A stretch of 64,000 nucleotides of DNA, from contig CAZOBQ010000001.1 of the NCBI GenBank assembly GCA_964578155.1, positions 2,670 to 66,669 on the forward strand, read 5' to 3'. The notes below the pieces were generated by a model. The model had not been told where the DNA came from and did not search any database. It worked only from the letters and a program-made list of their open reading frames with translations. A program made the translations under genes and the position numbers. The stretch comes from an uncultured Lentisphaeria bacterium (GTDB lineage: Bacteria > Fidelibacterota > UBA8477 > JABMPR01). Shown here piece after piece: positions 1 to 8,260 of the stretch. How positions within the stretch are numbered: the first letter of the stretch is position 1; every line of letters begins with the position of its first letter.

Positions 1-1076
1 ACCAGGTTGCTGGCAAGTTTCCCAAAGACCTCACGGCGCCAGCCTTTATCGAGTCTGCTCTTGTCACCCAGAGCGATCTGCTCCAGGTCAGACTTTGTGG
101 CTAACAATCGGGGTGCAACTTCGTTTATTTCGGAGACCTGTTTGAGCAAAGCCCTTAAAAGGGCGATGGCATTTTCAGATGCCGGCTCCTCTGAAACTGC
201 CGAATCAACCGCCGGGCAATCTGCCAGAGGCAAGTCATCTGCAGCGCGGATGCATTGCAATATCGCCTGCCCAAATGTCCCCTGGGCATTGTTGCCAATT
301 CCTCGCACTCGTCCAAGATCCTTAATGGTTCGTGGTGGATTTGAAGCCATATCACGAAGTGTAGTGTCTTTAAGAACCCAGCTCCGGGGGAGGTTCTTGG
401 CTTTTGCTCGTTCATCTCGCCAGGAAAGCAATTCACGTAGCCGGGCAAGACGTCGTGGCGTCTGGCTCCTTAATCTCAATTTCCTCATTTGGGTCTCAGG
501 AATATATTCGTAGCGCTTTGGGTCCAACAGATCTTGCATTTCTTCTGCGATCCAACTTGCTCGATCTCGTTTATCAATGTCAGCTTTTAGACCCTCATAA
601 ACCTGACACAGCTGTGTAACGTCTGCCAAAGCATACCTTACATCCCGATCCCGGAGGGGGCGCTTGGACCAATCAACAAGCTGTGAGCTTTTATCCAATA
701 CAGCCCCTGTAAACGCCTTTACGAGTCGTCCGTACGAAACCTGATCTCCAAACCCGCAAACCATAGCGGCAATTTGCGTATCAAAAACAGGTGAGGGGAT
801 GAACTTGAATTCATTCCATAATATGGCGATATCCTGGTCTGCCGCATGAAAAACCTTTACAATGTTTGGGTTTTTCAAGAAGGCAATGAGAGGTTCAACA
901 TCGAGGTCATTGAGTAGGTCAATAACGGCTGAATGTGTTCCGTGTGCTATTTGTATCAGGCATAGCTGAGGATAATAGGTCTTTTCAGACATGAATTCAG
1001 TATCTACTGTGACATATGGGGGCATTCCAATGTTTTTGATGAACCTTGCTAAATCAGAGGTATTTTCTATTAACAA
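1..1076 (-). CDS. rnd: Ribonuclease D (DEDD 3'-5' exonuclease + HRDC), 3' end truncated by window edge
   Basis: Not in the supplied ORF track because it runs off the window. My reverse-strand translation gives LIENTSDLARFIKNIGMPPYVTVDTEFMSEKTYYPQLCLIQIAHGT...VKVFHAADQDIAILWNEF...YALADVTQL, the ExoI-III motifs. It also gives an HRDC-like LARLRELLSWRDERAKAKNLPRSWVLKDTTL. There is no ATG upstream of the DTEF motif. TTG at 1076 is the first plausible start after an in-frame TGA, so the start is uncertain. Confidence 0.85.
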   Translation of the reverse strand, partial: MLIENTSDLARFIKNIGMPPYVTVDTEFMSEKTYYPQLCLIQIAHGTHSAVIDLLNDLDVEPLIAFLKNPNIVKVFHAADQDIAILWNEFKFIPSPVFDTQIAAMVCGFGDQVSYGRLVKAFTGAVLDKSSQLVDWSKRPLRDRDVRYALADVTQLCQVYEGLKADIDKRDRASWIAEEMQDLLDPKRYEYIPETQMRKLRLRSQTPRRLARLRELLSWRDERAKAKNLPRSWVLKDTTLRDMASNPPRTIKDLGRVRGIGNNAQGTFGQAILQCIRAADDLPLADCPAVDSAVSEEPASENAIALLRALLKQVSEINEVAPRLLATKSDLEQIALGDKSRLDKGWRREVFGKLASNL

Positions 1077-1270
1077 AAATTTCTGCCTTTCAATTGATGA
1101 TATTCACATTTACTGATAATGCATTCGAATACAATTAGATCAAGATAGGTGTTAGGGTATAGTTTTACAAATTTCAAGGTTTTTATTCATCGTAGCTCTT
1201 TAAGTATAGATGATCCAGTTTCATCCATTTACCCTATGTCTTTTATTCAATGCTTTTTTCTAAACCTTTA

Positions 1271-1430
1271 CGTTCCTCGCGTTCTTTGCGGTTAGGCTTT
1301 TGATCTTAACACCTAACATCTAGCTCCTAACCAGAAATGGAGATTCTTTCGGATGTTAAACTCCCTCAGAAAGACTCGTTAATCCAGATACCTTTTTGAT
1401 GCTCCGGGCACTTCGGCAAGCTCAGCGTCC
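1271..1430. repeat. Cluster of three intergenic repeat modules in the rnd/ubiA divergent region
   Basis: 1271-1293 is the rc of the CGCAAAGAA CGCGAGGAA 9-mers. 1339-1375 is GGAGATTCTTTCGG...CCCTCAGAAAGAC. 1409-1430 is CACTTCGGCAAGCTCAGCGTCC. Confidence 0.7.
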
Positions 1431-1511
1431 GGAACCTCGAAACTCATCAACACAAAAACCCATAAAACTCTTAAACCCTTCTACTTCATACATTTTTCAT
1501 TACTTTGCATC

Positions 1512-2345
1512 ATGCCAGCCTTCATCACCATTCTGAGACCCTTAAATCTGCTCCAGGCCGCCCTTGCGGTGTTTCTAACAACGGCTATTCTGGGAGAACT
1601 GAACCAGGTCAAGACGCTTTCTTTGCTCATCCTGTCGGTGATTTTCATCAATGGTGCTGGGAACATTATAAATGATATCTATGATCTTGAGATCGATAAA
1701 ATCAATCGCCCAAATCGGCCTCTACCTGCAGGACAAATGAAAGTCTCTTTTGCTCGGGTCTATATGTTCAACCTCTTTGCCTTGGGAATCTTCTGCGCAT
1801 CTCTGATTTCCATGATCACCTTCTATATCGCAGCCTTTATCGCCATGCCTTTGCTTATCGCCTATAGTTACAAACTCAAACGCCTACCGCTCATTGGTAA
1901 TATTGTGGTTTCATTCATGCTGGGACTGGCCTTCATCTACGTGGGTTCGGCCTTTGGTCAAATTGAGACAACTTTGGTTATGGCTGCTCTGGCTTTTGGC
2001 TTCACTTTGATTCGGGAACTGGTGAAAGACCTGGAAGATATGGAAGGTGATAAACAATCAGGTGCGCGTACGCTTCCCCTGGTTTGGGGAGAGCAGGCCA
2101 CGGTCAAGTTCGTCATGGTGCTTATGTTGATCTCCATTGAATTCTTTCTCTTTCCCGCTCTTTTTGGCAGCTACAACTATCTCTATTATTGGATTGTCCT
2201 CATTGGAATCGATATTCCCATGCTCTTTGCCATGATCCTGCTTTATAAATATCCAGAGCATAAAAATTACAGCCGAATTCAATTATTTCTAAAACTCAAT
2301 ATTTTTGTTGGGCTGGCTGCCATTTATCTTGGGCGGCCGATGTAA
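1512..2345 (+). CDS. UbiA-family membrane prenyltransferase, digeranylgeranylglyceryl-phosphate (DGGGP) synthase-like
   Basis: 277 aa and polytopic. First Asp-rich motif is NDIYDLEIDKINRPNRPLPAG; second is KDLEDMEGDKQSGARTLP. This is the typical UbiA superfamily signature, and the D.EID.IN.P.RPLP.G form resembles the archaeal DGGGPS / chlorophyll-synthase branch. Confidence 0.8.
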   Translation: MPAFITILRPLNLLQAALAVFLTTAILGELNQVKTLSLLILSVIFINGAGNIINDIYDLEIDKINRPNRPLPAGQMKVSFARVYMFNLFALGIFCASLISMITFYIAAFIAMPLLIAYSYKLKRLPLIGNIVVSFMLGLAFIYVGSAFGQIETTLVMAALAFGFTLIRELVKDLEDMEGDKQSGARTLPLVWGEQATVKFVMVLMLISIEFFLFPALFGSYNYLYYWIVLIGIDIPMLFAMILLYKYPEHKNYSRIQLFLKLNIFVGLAAIYLGRPM

Positions 2346-2372
2346 AGATTTTTTGACGGGGCTACGAGAACA

Positions 2373-2434
2373 CTTCGACAGGCTCAGTGTGACACCCGAG
2401 CCTCCGTCGTATTTCGAACATTGAGGCTCTCGAA
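2373..2434. repeat. Two CTGAG/CGAAG-family modules between ubiA-like gene and dnaE
   Basis: CTTCGACAGGCTCAG at 2373-2387 and TTGAGGCTCTCGAA at 2421-2434. GAGCCTC (2398-2404) can pair with GAGGCTC (2423-2429). Confidence 0.7.
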
Positions 2435-2465
2435 ATGTACGTAATGGGGAAGCTAAGGAACACTT

Positions 2466-5400
2466 TTGGCCGAATTTGTCCACCTACATAATCATTCACA
2501 CTATTCACTTTTGGATGGTGCTGCTCGCATTGATCAAATCATTGACAAGGTTTCTGAATTAGGTCAAAAGAGTTTCGCTCTTACCGATCATGGCAACATG
2601 TTCGGAGCCGTCGAATTTTATAAATCAGCCACCAAGGCCGGCATCAAACCAATTATCGGCATGGAAGCCTATGTGGCTCCCAGAGCCCACACCGAAAAAC
2701 GGACCTATACCGAAGGCAAAAGAGCTTACCACCTGGTGTTGCTGGTCAAAAACGAAACGGGCTATCGCAATCTACTCAAACTCACCTCCATGGCTTATCT
2801 GGATGGTTTCTATTTTACACCCCGGGTTGATAAAGACCTGCTACGCAAATATTCCGAGGGACTGGTAGCTACCTCAGCCTGTCTCAGCGGCCAGGTAACC
2901 TACCATGCTGCCAGAGGAGATTATGATCGCGCCAAAGAACAAGCGCTGGAATATGATGAGATCTTTGGTCGTGGAAATTTCTTTCTGGAGCTACAACGTC
3001 ATTTTACCCTGGATGGACGCGAGATGGAAATGGAAGCGATCGCTCGAGAAGTGGTCCAGAAAGTGTCCAGAGATACTGGCATTCCATTGGTTGCTACCAA
3101 TGATGCCCACTATGTCAGCGCTGATCATCATCAAGCACATGATGCCCTGATCTGTATTGGTCGCGGAAAATATGTCAGCGACACCAAGCGCATGAAGTAC
3201 GACACCAAAGACATCTACATCAAAAGTGCCGAACAAATGGTAGAGTTGTTCAAGGATATTCCTGAAGCTGTTGAGAACACCTTACGGATTGAAGAGATGT
3301 GTAATTTCAACCTGGAAACCGGTGTCAATCACATGCCTGAATTTCCAATTCCAGAAGGGAAGTCTCTCAATTCCCATTTGGATAGTCTTACCTGGGAAGG
3401 CATGGAGCGGCGGGTTAAAAATATTGATAACCTGTACAAGGAACGACTCGAATACGAACTTGATGTGATCAAGAAAATGGGCTTCCCCGGTTACTTTTTG
3501 ATTACCCATGATTTTGTGAAATACGCCAAGAACCAGAAAATCCCTGTAGGTCCCGGACGTGGTTCTGCTGCCGGAAGTCTGGTTGCCTATTCCCTTGGAA
3601 TCACAGACCTGGATCCCCTGAAATATGATCTGCTTTTTGAGCGCTTTTTAAATCCTGATCGTGTCAGTATGCCTGATATCGATATCGACTTTTGTTATGA
3701 TCGCCGGGAAGAGGTGATCAATTATATGCGGGATCGCTTTGGCCATGATTCGGTTACTCAGATCATCACCTTCAATAAGCTGAAAGCTCGAGCAGTTATC
3801 CGGGATGTGGGTCGAGTTCTGGAAGTACCCATCAAGGAAACCGATCGTATCGCCAAGCTGGTTCCTGAAGAACTGGGGATCAAACTCCCACAAGCTTTGA
3901 AAAAGAGCCCTGAACTAAAACAAGCTTCTGAATTGGACGAAGTTCATACCAAACTGTTTGATTATTCACTAGTCCTGGAGGGCATGAACCGTAATGCCGG
4001 TAAGCATGCTGCCGGTCTGGTTATCGCACCTGGAAAATTGACTGACTACATTCCTCTGTATAAGTCTGCCAAGGATGGCTCCGTTACCAGTCAATATGAC
4101 ATGAAAGCCATTGAAGATGTGGGTCTCATCAAGTTTGACTTCCTGGGCTTGCGAACTCTAACTGTCATTCAAGAAGCCATTGATCTGATCAAAGAATTTA
4201 AGAATGTTGAAATCGACATTGAGAACATCCCCATGGATGATCCCAAAGTCTACCAACTATTTGCCGATGGCCTAACCATTGGTCTGTTCCAGTTTGAGTC
4301 AACCGGCATGCGCGAGTATCTGAAGAAACTCAAGCCCACTGCCCTGGGTGACCTCATTGCCATGAATGCTCTGTATCGTCCTGGTCCTATGGGCAATATT
4401 AATGACTTCATCGCCCGTAAACATGGCGAGCAAGAAGTCAGCTCACTTCACCCTCTCATGGATGAGATTCTCAAGGAAACATACGGGATTATCGTTTATC
4501 AGGAACAGGTGATGCAATTGGGCTCCACAATCTCCGGCTTCTCACTCTCCAAAGCTGATCTGATGCGCCGCGCCATGGGTAAAAAGATCAAAGCCCTTAT
4601 GGATGAAATGAAGGGTGAATTCATTTCAGGGGCCAAGAAGAACGATATCAACGAGAAACTCTCAACCAAGATCTGGGACTTGATCGAAAAATTTGCTGAG
4701 TACGGTTTTAATAAAAGTCACTCTGCCGCTTACTCTGTTATCGCCTACCAGACCGCTTATTTGAAGACTCATTATCCCGTAGAATTCATGGCTGCAAACT
4801 TAAGCTCTGAGAAGGACAACACGGATAAGATCCAGATGCTCTTGGCTGAATGTCGCAAGCTGGGAATCGAGGTGAATCCTCCTAATGTCAATTCCAGCAA
4901 TGTGCGTTTCTCTCCCGGTGAGGGGAAAAGTATCATCTATGGCTTGAATGCTATTAAGCGTTTGGGCTCCAAAGCCGCCGAAGCCATCATGCTGGAACGG
5001 AAAGAAGGTGGCAGTTTTGAATCAATATTTGATTTCTGCTCACGCGTCGATTCTCAGAATCTCAACAAGGGCGTGATCGAAGCACTGGTGGGTAGTGGAG
5101 CCATGGATAATTTTCCTGGAGCACGTTGGGATAAATTTATGAGCGTGGAGGATGCAGTCCACCATGGTCAGCGGGTTCAAACCCTGAAAAACACCAATCA
5201 AACCGACTTATTCGGGACCGGTGGCGAATCCGCTATGATCCGTGAACCGGAATTAAGTGAAGCGCCATCCTGGAATAACATAGACATGCTGAACCGGGAA
5301 CGTGAGTATGTTGGGTTTTATCTTACTGGCCATCCTTTGCAAGGATATGAAAAAGAAATTCAAGCTTTCTCCACAATTGATCTTCTGGATTTGAGTTCTG

Positions 5401-5909
5401 TCCGAGATGAGCAGGATATTCGTGTCGGCGGAATTGTCTCATCCTTAAAAATTCATTATGATAAGCGTAATAACCAGATGGCCTTCTTTACTGTGAACGG
5501 TTTGGATGGATCCTTGGAAGCGCTGACCTTCTCTGATCCTTACTCTAAATATAAAGAGTATATCGTGAATGATTCTCTGGTCTTTGTTGAGGGTCGCGTC
5601 TCAAAACGCAGCGATGATGACGTGAAAGTTTTGGTTAATAAGGTCCTACCCCTGGAAGATGCCCAGAGTGACTATTCTCGAGAGGTGCATGTGGCTTTTG
5701 ATCCTGAGGATATAGGTGGGAGTGAATTAGAAGACGCCAAGAATCTTGCACGACGCTACTCCGGCGCCTGCAATTTGATCTTTCACTTAAGGGAGAAGAA
5801 CCAGAGGGAACGCCTCATGGTTGCCCGCAGTATGCGTGTTTCGGCAAACCGTAGTTTTATCAGTAGCCTCCGAGAAACCTTCGGGCAAGATAATGTCTGG
5901 GTGAAATAG
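2466..5909 (+). CDS. dnaE: DNA polymerase III alpha subunit
   Basis: 1147 aa with a PHP N-terminus (FVHLHNHSHYSLLDGA). Pol III alpha core motifs are GPGRGSAAGSLVAYSLGITDLDP and PDIDIDF. It has an OB-fold C-terminus. TTG start preceded by AAGGAA. Confidence 0.97.
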   Translation: MAEFVHLHNHSHYSLLDGAARIDQIIDKVSELGQKSFALTDHGNMFGAVEFYKSATKAGIKPIIGMEAYVAPRAHTEKRTYTEGKRAYHLVLLVKNETGYRNLLKLTSMAYLDGFYFTPRVDKDLLRKYSEGLVATSACLSGQVTYHAARGDYDRAKEQALEYDEIFGRGNFFLELQRHFTLDGREMEMEAIAREVVQKVSRDTGIPLVATNDAHYVSADHHQAHDALICIGRGKYVSDTKRMKYDTKDIYIKSAEQMVELFKDIPEAVENTLRIEEMCNFNLETGVNHMPEFPIPEGKSLNSHLDSLTWEGMERRVKNIDNLYKERLEYELDVIKKMGFPGYFLITHDFVKYAKNQKIPVGPGRGSAAGSLVAYSLGITDLDPLKYDLLFERFLNPDRVSMPDIDIDFCYDRREEVINYMRDRFGHDSVTQIITFNKLKARAVIRDVGRVLEVPIKETDRIAKLVPEELGIKLPQALKKSPELKQASELDEVHTKLFDYSLVLEGMNRNAGKHAAGLVIAPGKLTDYIPLYKSAKDGSVTSQYDMKAIEDVGLIKFDFLGLRTLTVIQEAIDLIKEFKNVEIDIENIPMDDPKVYQLFADGLTIGLFQFESTGMREYLKKLKPTALGDLIAMNALYRPGPMGNINDFIARKHGEQEVSSLHPLMDEILKETYGIIVYQEQVMQLGSTISGFSLSKADLMRRAMGKKIKALMDEMKGEFISGAKKNDINEKLSTKIWDLIEKFAEYGFNKSHSAAYSVIAYQTAYLKTHYPVEFMAANLSSEKDNTDKIQMLLAECRKLGIEVNPPNVNSSNVRFSPGEGKSIIYGLNAIKRLGSKAAEAIMLERKEGGSFESIFDFCSRVDSQNLNKGVIEALVGSGAMDNFPGARWDKFMSVEDAVHHGQRVQTLKNTNQTDLFGTGGESAMIREPELSEAPSWNNIDMLNREREYVGFYLTGHPLQGYEKEIQAFSTIDLLDLSSVRDEQDIRVGGIVSSLKIHYDKRNNQMAFFTVNGLDGSLEALTFSDPYSKYKEYIVNDSLVFVEGRVSKRSDDDVKVLVNKVLPLEDAQSDYSREVHVAFDPEDIGGSELEDAKNLARRYSGACNLIFHLREKNQRERLMVARSMRVSANRSFISSLRETFGQDNVWVK

Positions 5910-5915
5910 AGATCT

Positions 5916-5998
5916 GGAGGCTGAGGCTCTCAAAGCCTCATTGTAACAGTACGACAAATGAACCTTTCGGGAGCGTTTCGAGAGCCTCAGCGACCTCC
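5916..5998. repeat. Inverted pair of TGAGGCTCTC(G/A)AA modules after dnaE
   Basis: GGAGGCTGAGGCTCTCAAAG at 5916-5935 against TTTCGAGAGCCTCAGCGACCTCC at 5976-5998. The left arm also self-folds (TGAGGCT-CTCAA-AGCCTCA, 5922-5940). Confidence 0.8.
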
Positions 5999-6027
5999 TC
6001 AATGTCCAACAAAAAAGAGCATAATCT

Positions 6028-6483
6028 ATGATAGCAGTCATTCAAAGAGTCAGTGAGGGAGAGGTTAAGATCTCTCAACGTTCCCGAGGGAAGATCTCTC
6101 TGGGCTATGTCATACTCCTGGGTGTCGCTGATGATGATGAACAAAAAGATGCTGATTGGTTGGCTGAGAAGATTATCTGTCTAAGGGTTTTTGAGGACCA
6201 GGATCAAAAAATGAATCTGTCCATCAAAGATGTTGAAGGCAAAGCCCTGGTTATTTCACAATTTACGCTCCTGGCTGACTACAAACGAGGACGGCGACCC
6301 GGATTCACTAGAGCTGCTAAACCTGAGCTGGCAATTCCCTTATATGAGCATTTTATGGATCAGCTCTGGCAACAGGGTATCGAGGTTGAAAAAGGCGAGT
6401 TTGGCGCTGAGATGCAGGTTTCTATCACGAATGAAGGTCCCGTCACGCTGGTTATGGACAGCACAGTAAAATTTCCTCGTTAA
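6028..6483 (+). CDS. dtd: D-aminoacyl-tRNA deacylase
   Basis: 151 aa with MIAVIQRV N-terminus, SQFTLLAD and NEGPVTL motifs. Confidence 0.93.
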   Translation: MIAVIQRVSEGEVKISQRSRGKISLGYVILLGVADDDEQKDADWLAEKIICLRVFEDQDQKMNLSIKDVEGKALVISQFTLLADYKRGRRPGFTRAAKPELAIPLYEHFMDQLWQQGIEVEKGEFGAEMQVSITNEGPVTLVMDSTVKFPR

Positions 6484-6494
6484 GTTTCCCTTCT

Positions 6495-6521
6495 CGCGGA
6501 GAACGCTGAGAGCGCAAAGAG
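6495..6521. repeat. Three tandem degenerate 9-mers CGCGGAGAA CGCTGAGAG CGCAAAGAG, 12 nt after dtd stop
   Basis: Read directly from the sequence; period 9. Confidence 0.8.
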
Positions 6522-6663
6522 TTCTATTTCTAGTCTTTTTCATACTCTCTATGAGCATTAGTGTTATTCATGTCAATTTTAAAACCCCTATCTCCAGTTA
6601 CCAGTTTCTAATTTCAAACATCCAACATGACCTTAACTTGTTGCCAGAATTGAAGGGGTTGCT

Positions 6664-7494
6664 ATGTCACAAATTGGAAGATTGAATACTCTACATGTCT
6701 TACGCGAAGTGGAGTTTGGGGTTTACTTGGATGGTGAAGAATTAGGCGATATTCTACTACCAAGACGTGAGGTTCCCGAGGGTACTAAAGTCGGTGACGC
6801 CCTGGAAGTCTTTGTCTATTTCGATTCAAAAGACATTATCATTGCCTCGACCAAAAAGCCTAAAGCCCAAGTTGGCGAGTTCGCCAGTTTACGTGTGGTT
6901 GACACCAACAAAATGGGTGCTTTCTTAGACTGGGGATTACCAAAAGATGTACTGGTTCCTTTCCGCGAACAAAGCCACACGCTTAAAATAAATGAGAAGT
7001 ATGTTTTCTACATCTACCATGATCGTGTCAGCAATCGCATCGTTGCTTCTGCTAAATTGGATAAATTTCTGCTGAAGGATCTTCCAGACTACAAGGTAGG
7101 TCAAAAAGTCGACCTGTTTATCGTCAACCGCACTGACCTAGGATACAAAGCCATCATTGAAGAGGAATACTGGGGATTAATCTTTAAAGACCAGGTATTC
7201 AAGACTCTGGAGCAAGGTCAAAAGGTAGCTGGATATATCAAACAGATTCGCTCTGACGGCAAGATCGATCTTCTTTTGGAGCAAAGCGGGAATAAATATA
7301 TTGATGGCGCCAGCCAGAAGATCCTGGATGCTCTAAAAGCCAATAAAGGTTTTCTGGCGATGACTGATAAGACATCACCTGAAGTGATCTATGAGAAATT
7401 CGGGATGAGTAAAAAAATCTTTAAACGCTCCCTAGGAAGTCTCTATAAAAAACGTCTAATCAAACTGGAGTCAAAGGGCGTTCGACTGCTTTAG
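6664..7494 (+). CDS. S1-like RNA-binding domain protein (CvfB/YitL family)
   Basis: 276 aa with repeated S1-like segments (GEFASLRVVDTNKMGAFLDWGLPKDVLVPFREQ) and a C-terminal winged-helix-like tail. Confidence 0.72.
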   Translation: MSQIGRLNTLHVLREVEFGVYLDGEELGDILLPRREVPEGTKVGDALEVFVYFDSKDIIIASTKKPKAQVGEFASLRVVDTNKMGAFLDWGLPKDVLVPFREQSHTLKINEKYVFYIYHDRVSNRIVASAKLDKFLLKDLPDYKVGQKVDLFIVNRTDLGYKAIIEEEYWGLIFKDQVFKTLEQGQKVAGYIKQIRSDGKIDLLLEQSGNKYIDGASQKILDALKANKGFLAMTDKTSPEVIYEKFGMSKKIFKRSLGSLYKKRLIKLESKGVRLL

Positions 7495-7507
7495 TTGAAC
7501 AATAATC

Positions 7508-7576
7508 GGACGTTGAGGCTCTCGAAGCGCCCAATTATCGTAACTCGTTATGATGGAGACTTCGAGAGCCTCAGTC
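7508..7576. repeat. Inverted pair of TGAGGCTCTCGAAG modules between convergent genes
   Basis: TTGAGGCTCTCGAAG at 7513-7527 against GACTTCGAGAGCCTCAGTC at 7558-7576, giving a stem of about 14 bp and a loop of about 30 nt. Confidence 0.85.
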
Positions 7577-7584
7577 TACGGAAT

Positions 7585-8187
7585 TTACTCCAGCTTACGC
7601 CCAATCCGTTTTACTTCTTCTAGAATTGATTGCAGGACCTCTGAGTCGCTGGCATTACCTGTCGGTGTTTCCGTTTTCTCTTCCTGCTTCATACCTCGAA
7701 ACGCCTTGATCTTTCCCCGCAGCGTTGTATAAAGGGCGTCAAAGTCCGTTAAGCCTTCAAGTTTACCCTCATGAACACCTGTCTGAGCTCCTTGTCCGGC
7801 CGTTTGTACCAACAGTGTTCCAATACCTATCCAGCGTTCATAGAGTGAGCGACTCAACGTAAAATCTGTCACTGCAGAGTAGGGAATACTGATACTTTTC
7901 TTGGTGAGAATTCCTTTTTGGATCACCAAACGTTCATCCTCGATGGAATATTCTAAATTGACTATCCACAAATAGGAAAGCCAGGGTCCCAATCCCCACA
8001 TCAAGAGTAGCGCACCTATGACCCAGGTCCAAACGAATTTTAGATACTCATTATTGGTAACCTCATCATCCAGAGTGACCACCAGAGCCTGAATAATCAA
8101 AAATGCAAGTATCACTACTAATGAGATTGTCAGATAAGTATATATCTCACGTTTCATGAGTTTATTTACATGTGGTTTTAAATCCAT
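7585..8187 (-). CDS. Membrane protein with bacterial PH domain (bPH_2, YdbS/YdbT-like)
   Basis: 200 aa with two N-terminal TM helices, then ERLVIQKGILTKKSISIPYSAVTDFTLSRSLYERWIGIGTLLVQTAG, which is typical of bPH_2/DUF304. Confidence 0.65.
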   Translation of the reverse strand: MDLKPHVNKLMKREIYTYLTISLVVILAFLIIQALVVTLDDEVTNNEYLKFVWTWVIGALLLMWGLGPWLSYLWIVNLEYSIEDERLVIQKGILTKKSISIPYSAVTDFTLSRSLYERWIGIGTLLVQTAGQGAQTGVHEGKLEGLTDFDALYTTLRGKIKAFRGMKQEEKTETPTGNASDSEVLQSILEEVKRIGRKLE

Positions 8188-8233
8188 GATTTCCCCTTTT
8201 TAATGATTCGTTAACCGAATATTGAGGTAGTCG

Positions 8234-8248
8234 CTGAGGCTCTCGAAG
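8234..8248 (+). repeat. Single CTGAGGCTCTCGAAG module between HD-GYP and bPH genes
   Basis: Exact match to the core seen at 7513-7527. Confidence 0.75.
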
Positions 8249-8260
8249 TCTCGGGAATAT

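Noticed and set aside
7-619. Track ORFs 7-513(+), 155-448(-) and 404-619(+) at the left edge
   Set aside because: They overlap one another and lie in or opposite the RNase D reading frame, which translates cleanly with diagnostic motifs. They are shadow ORFs.
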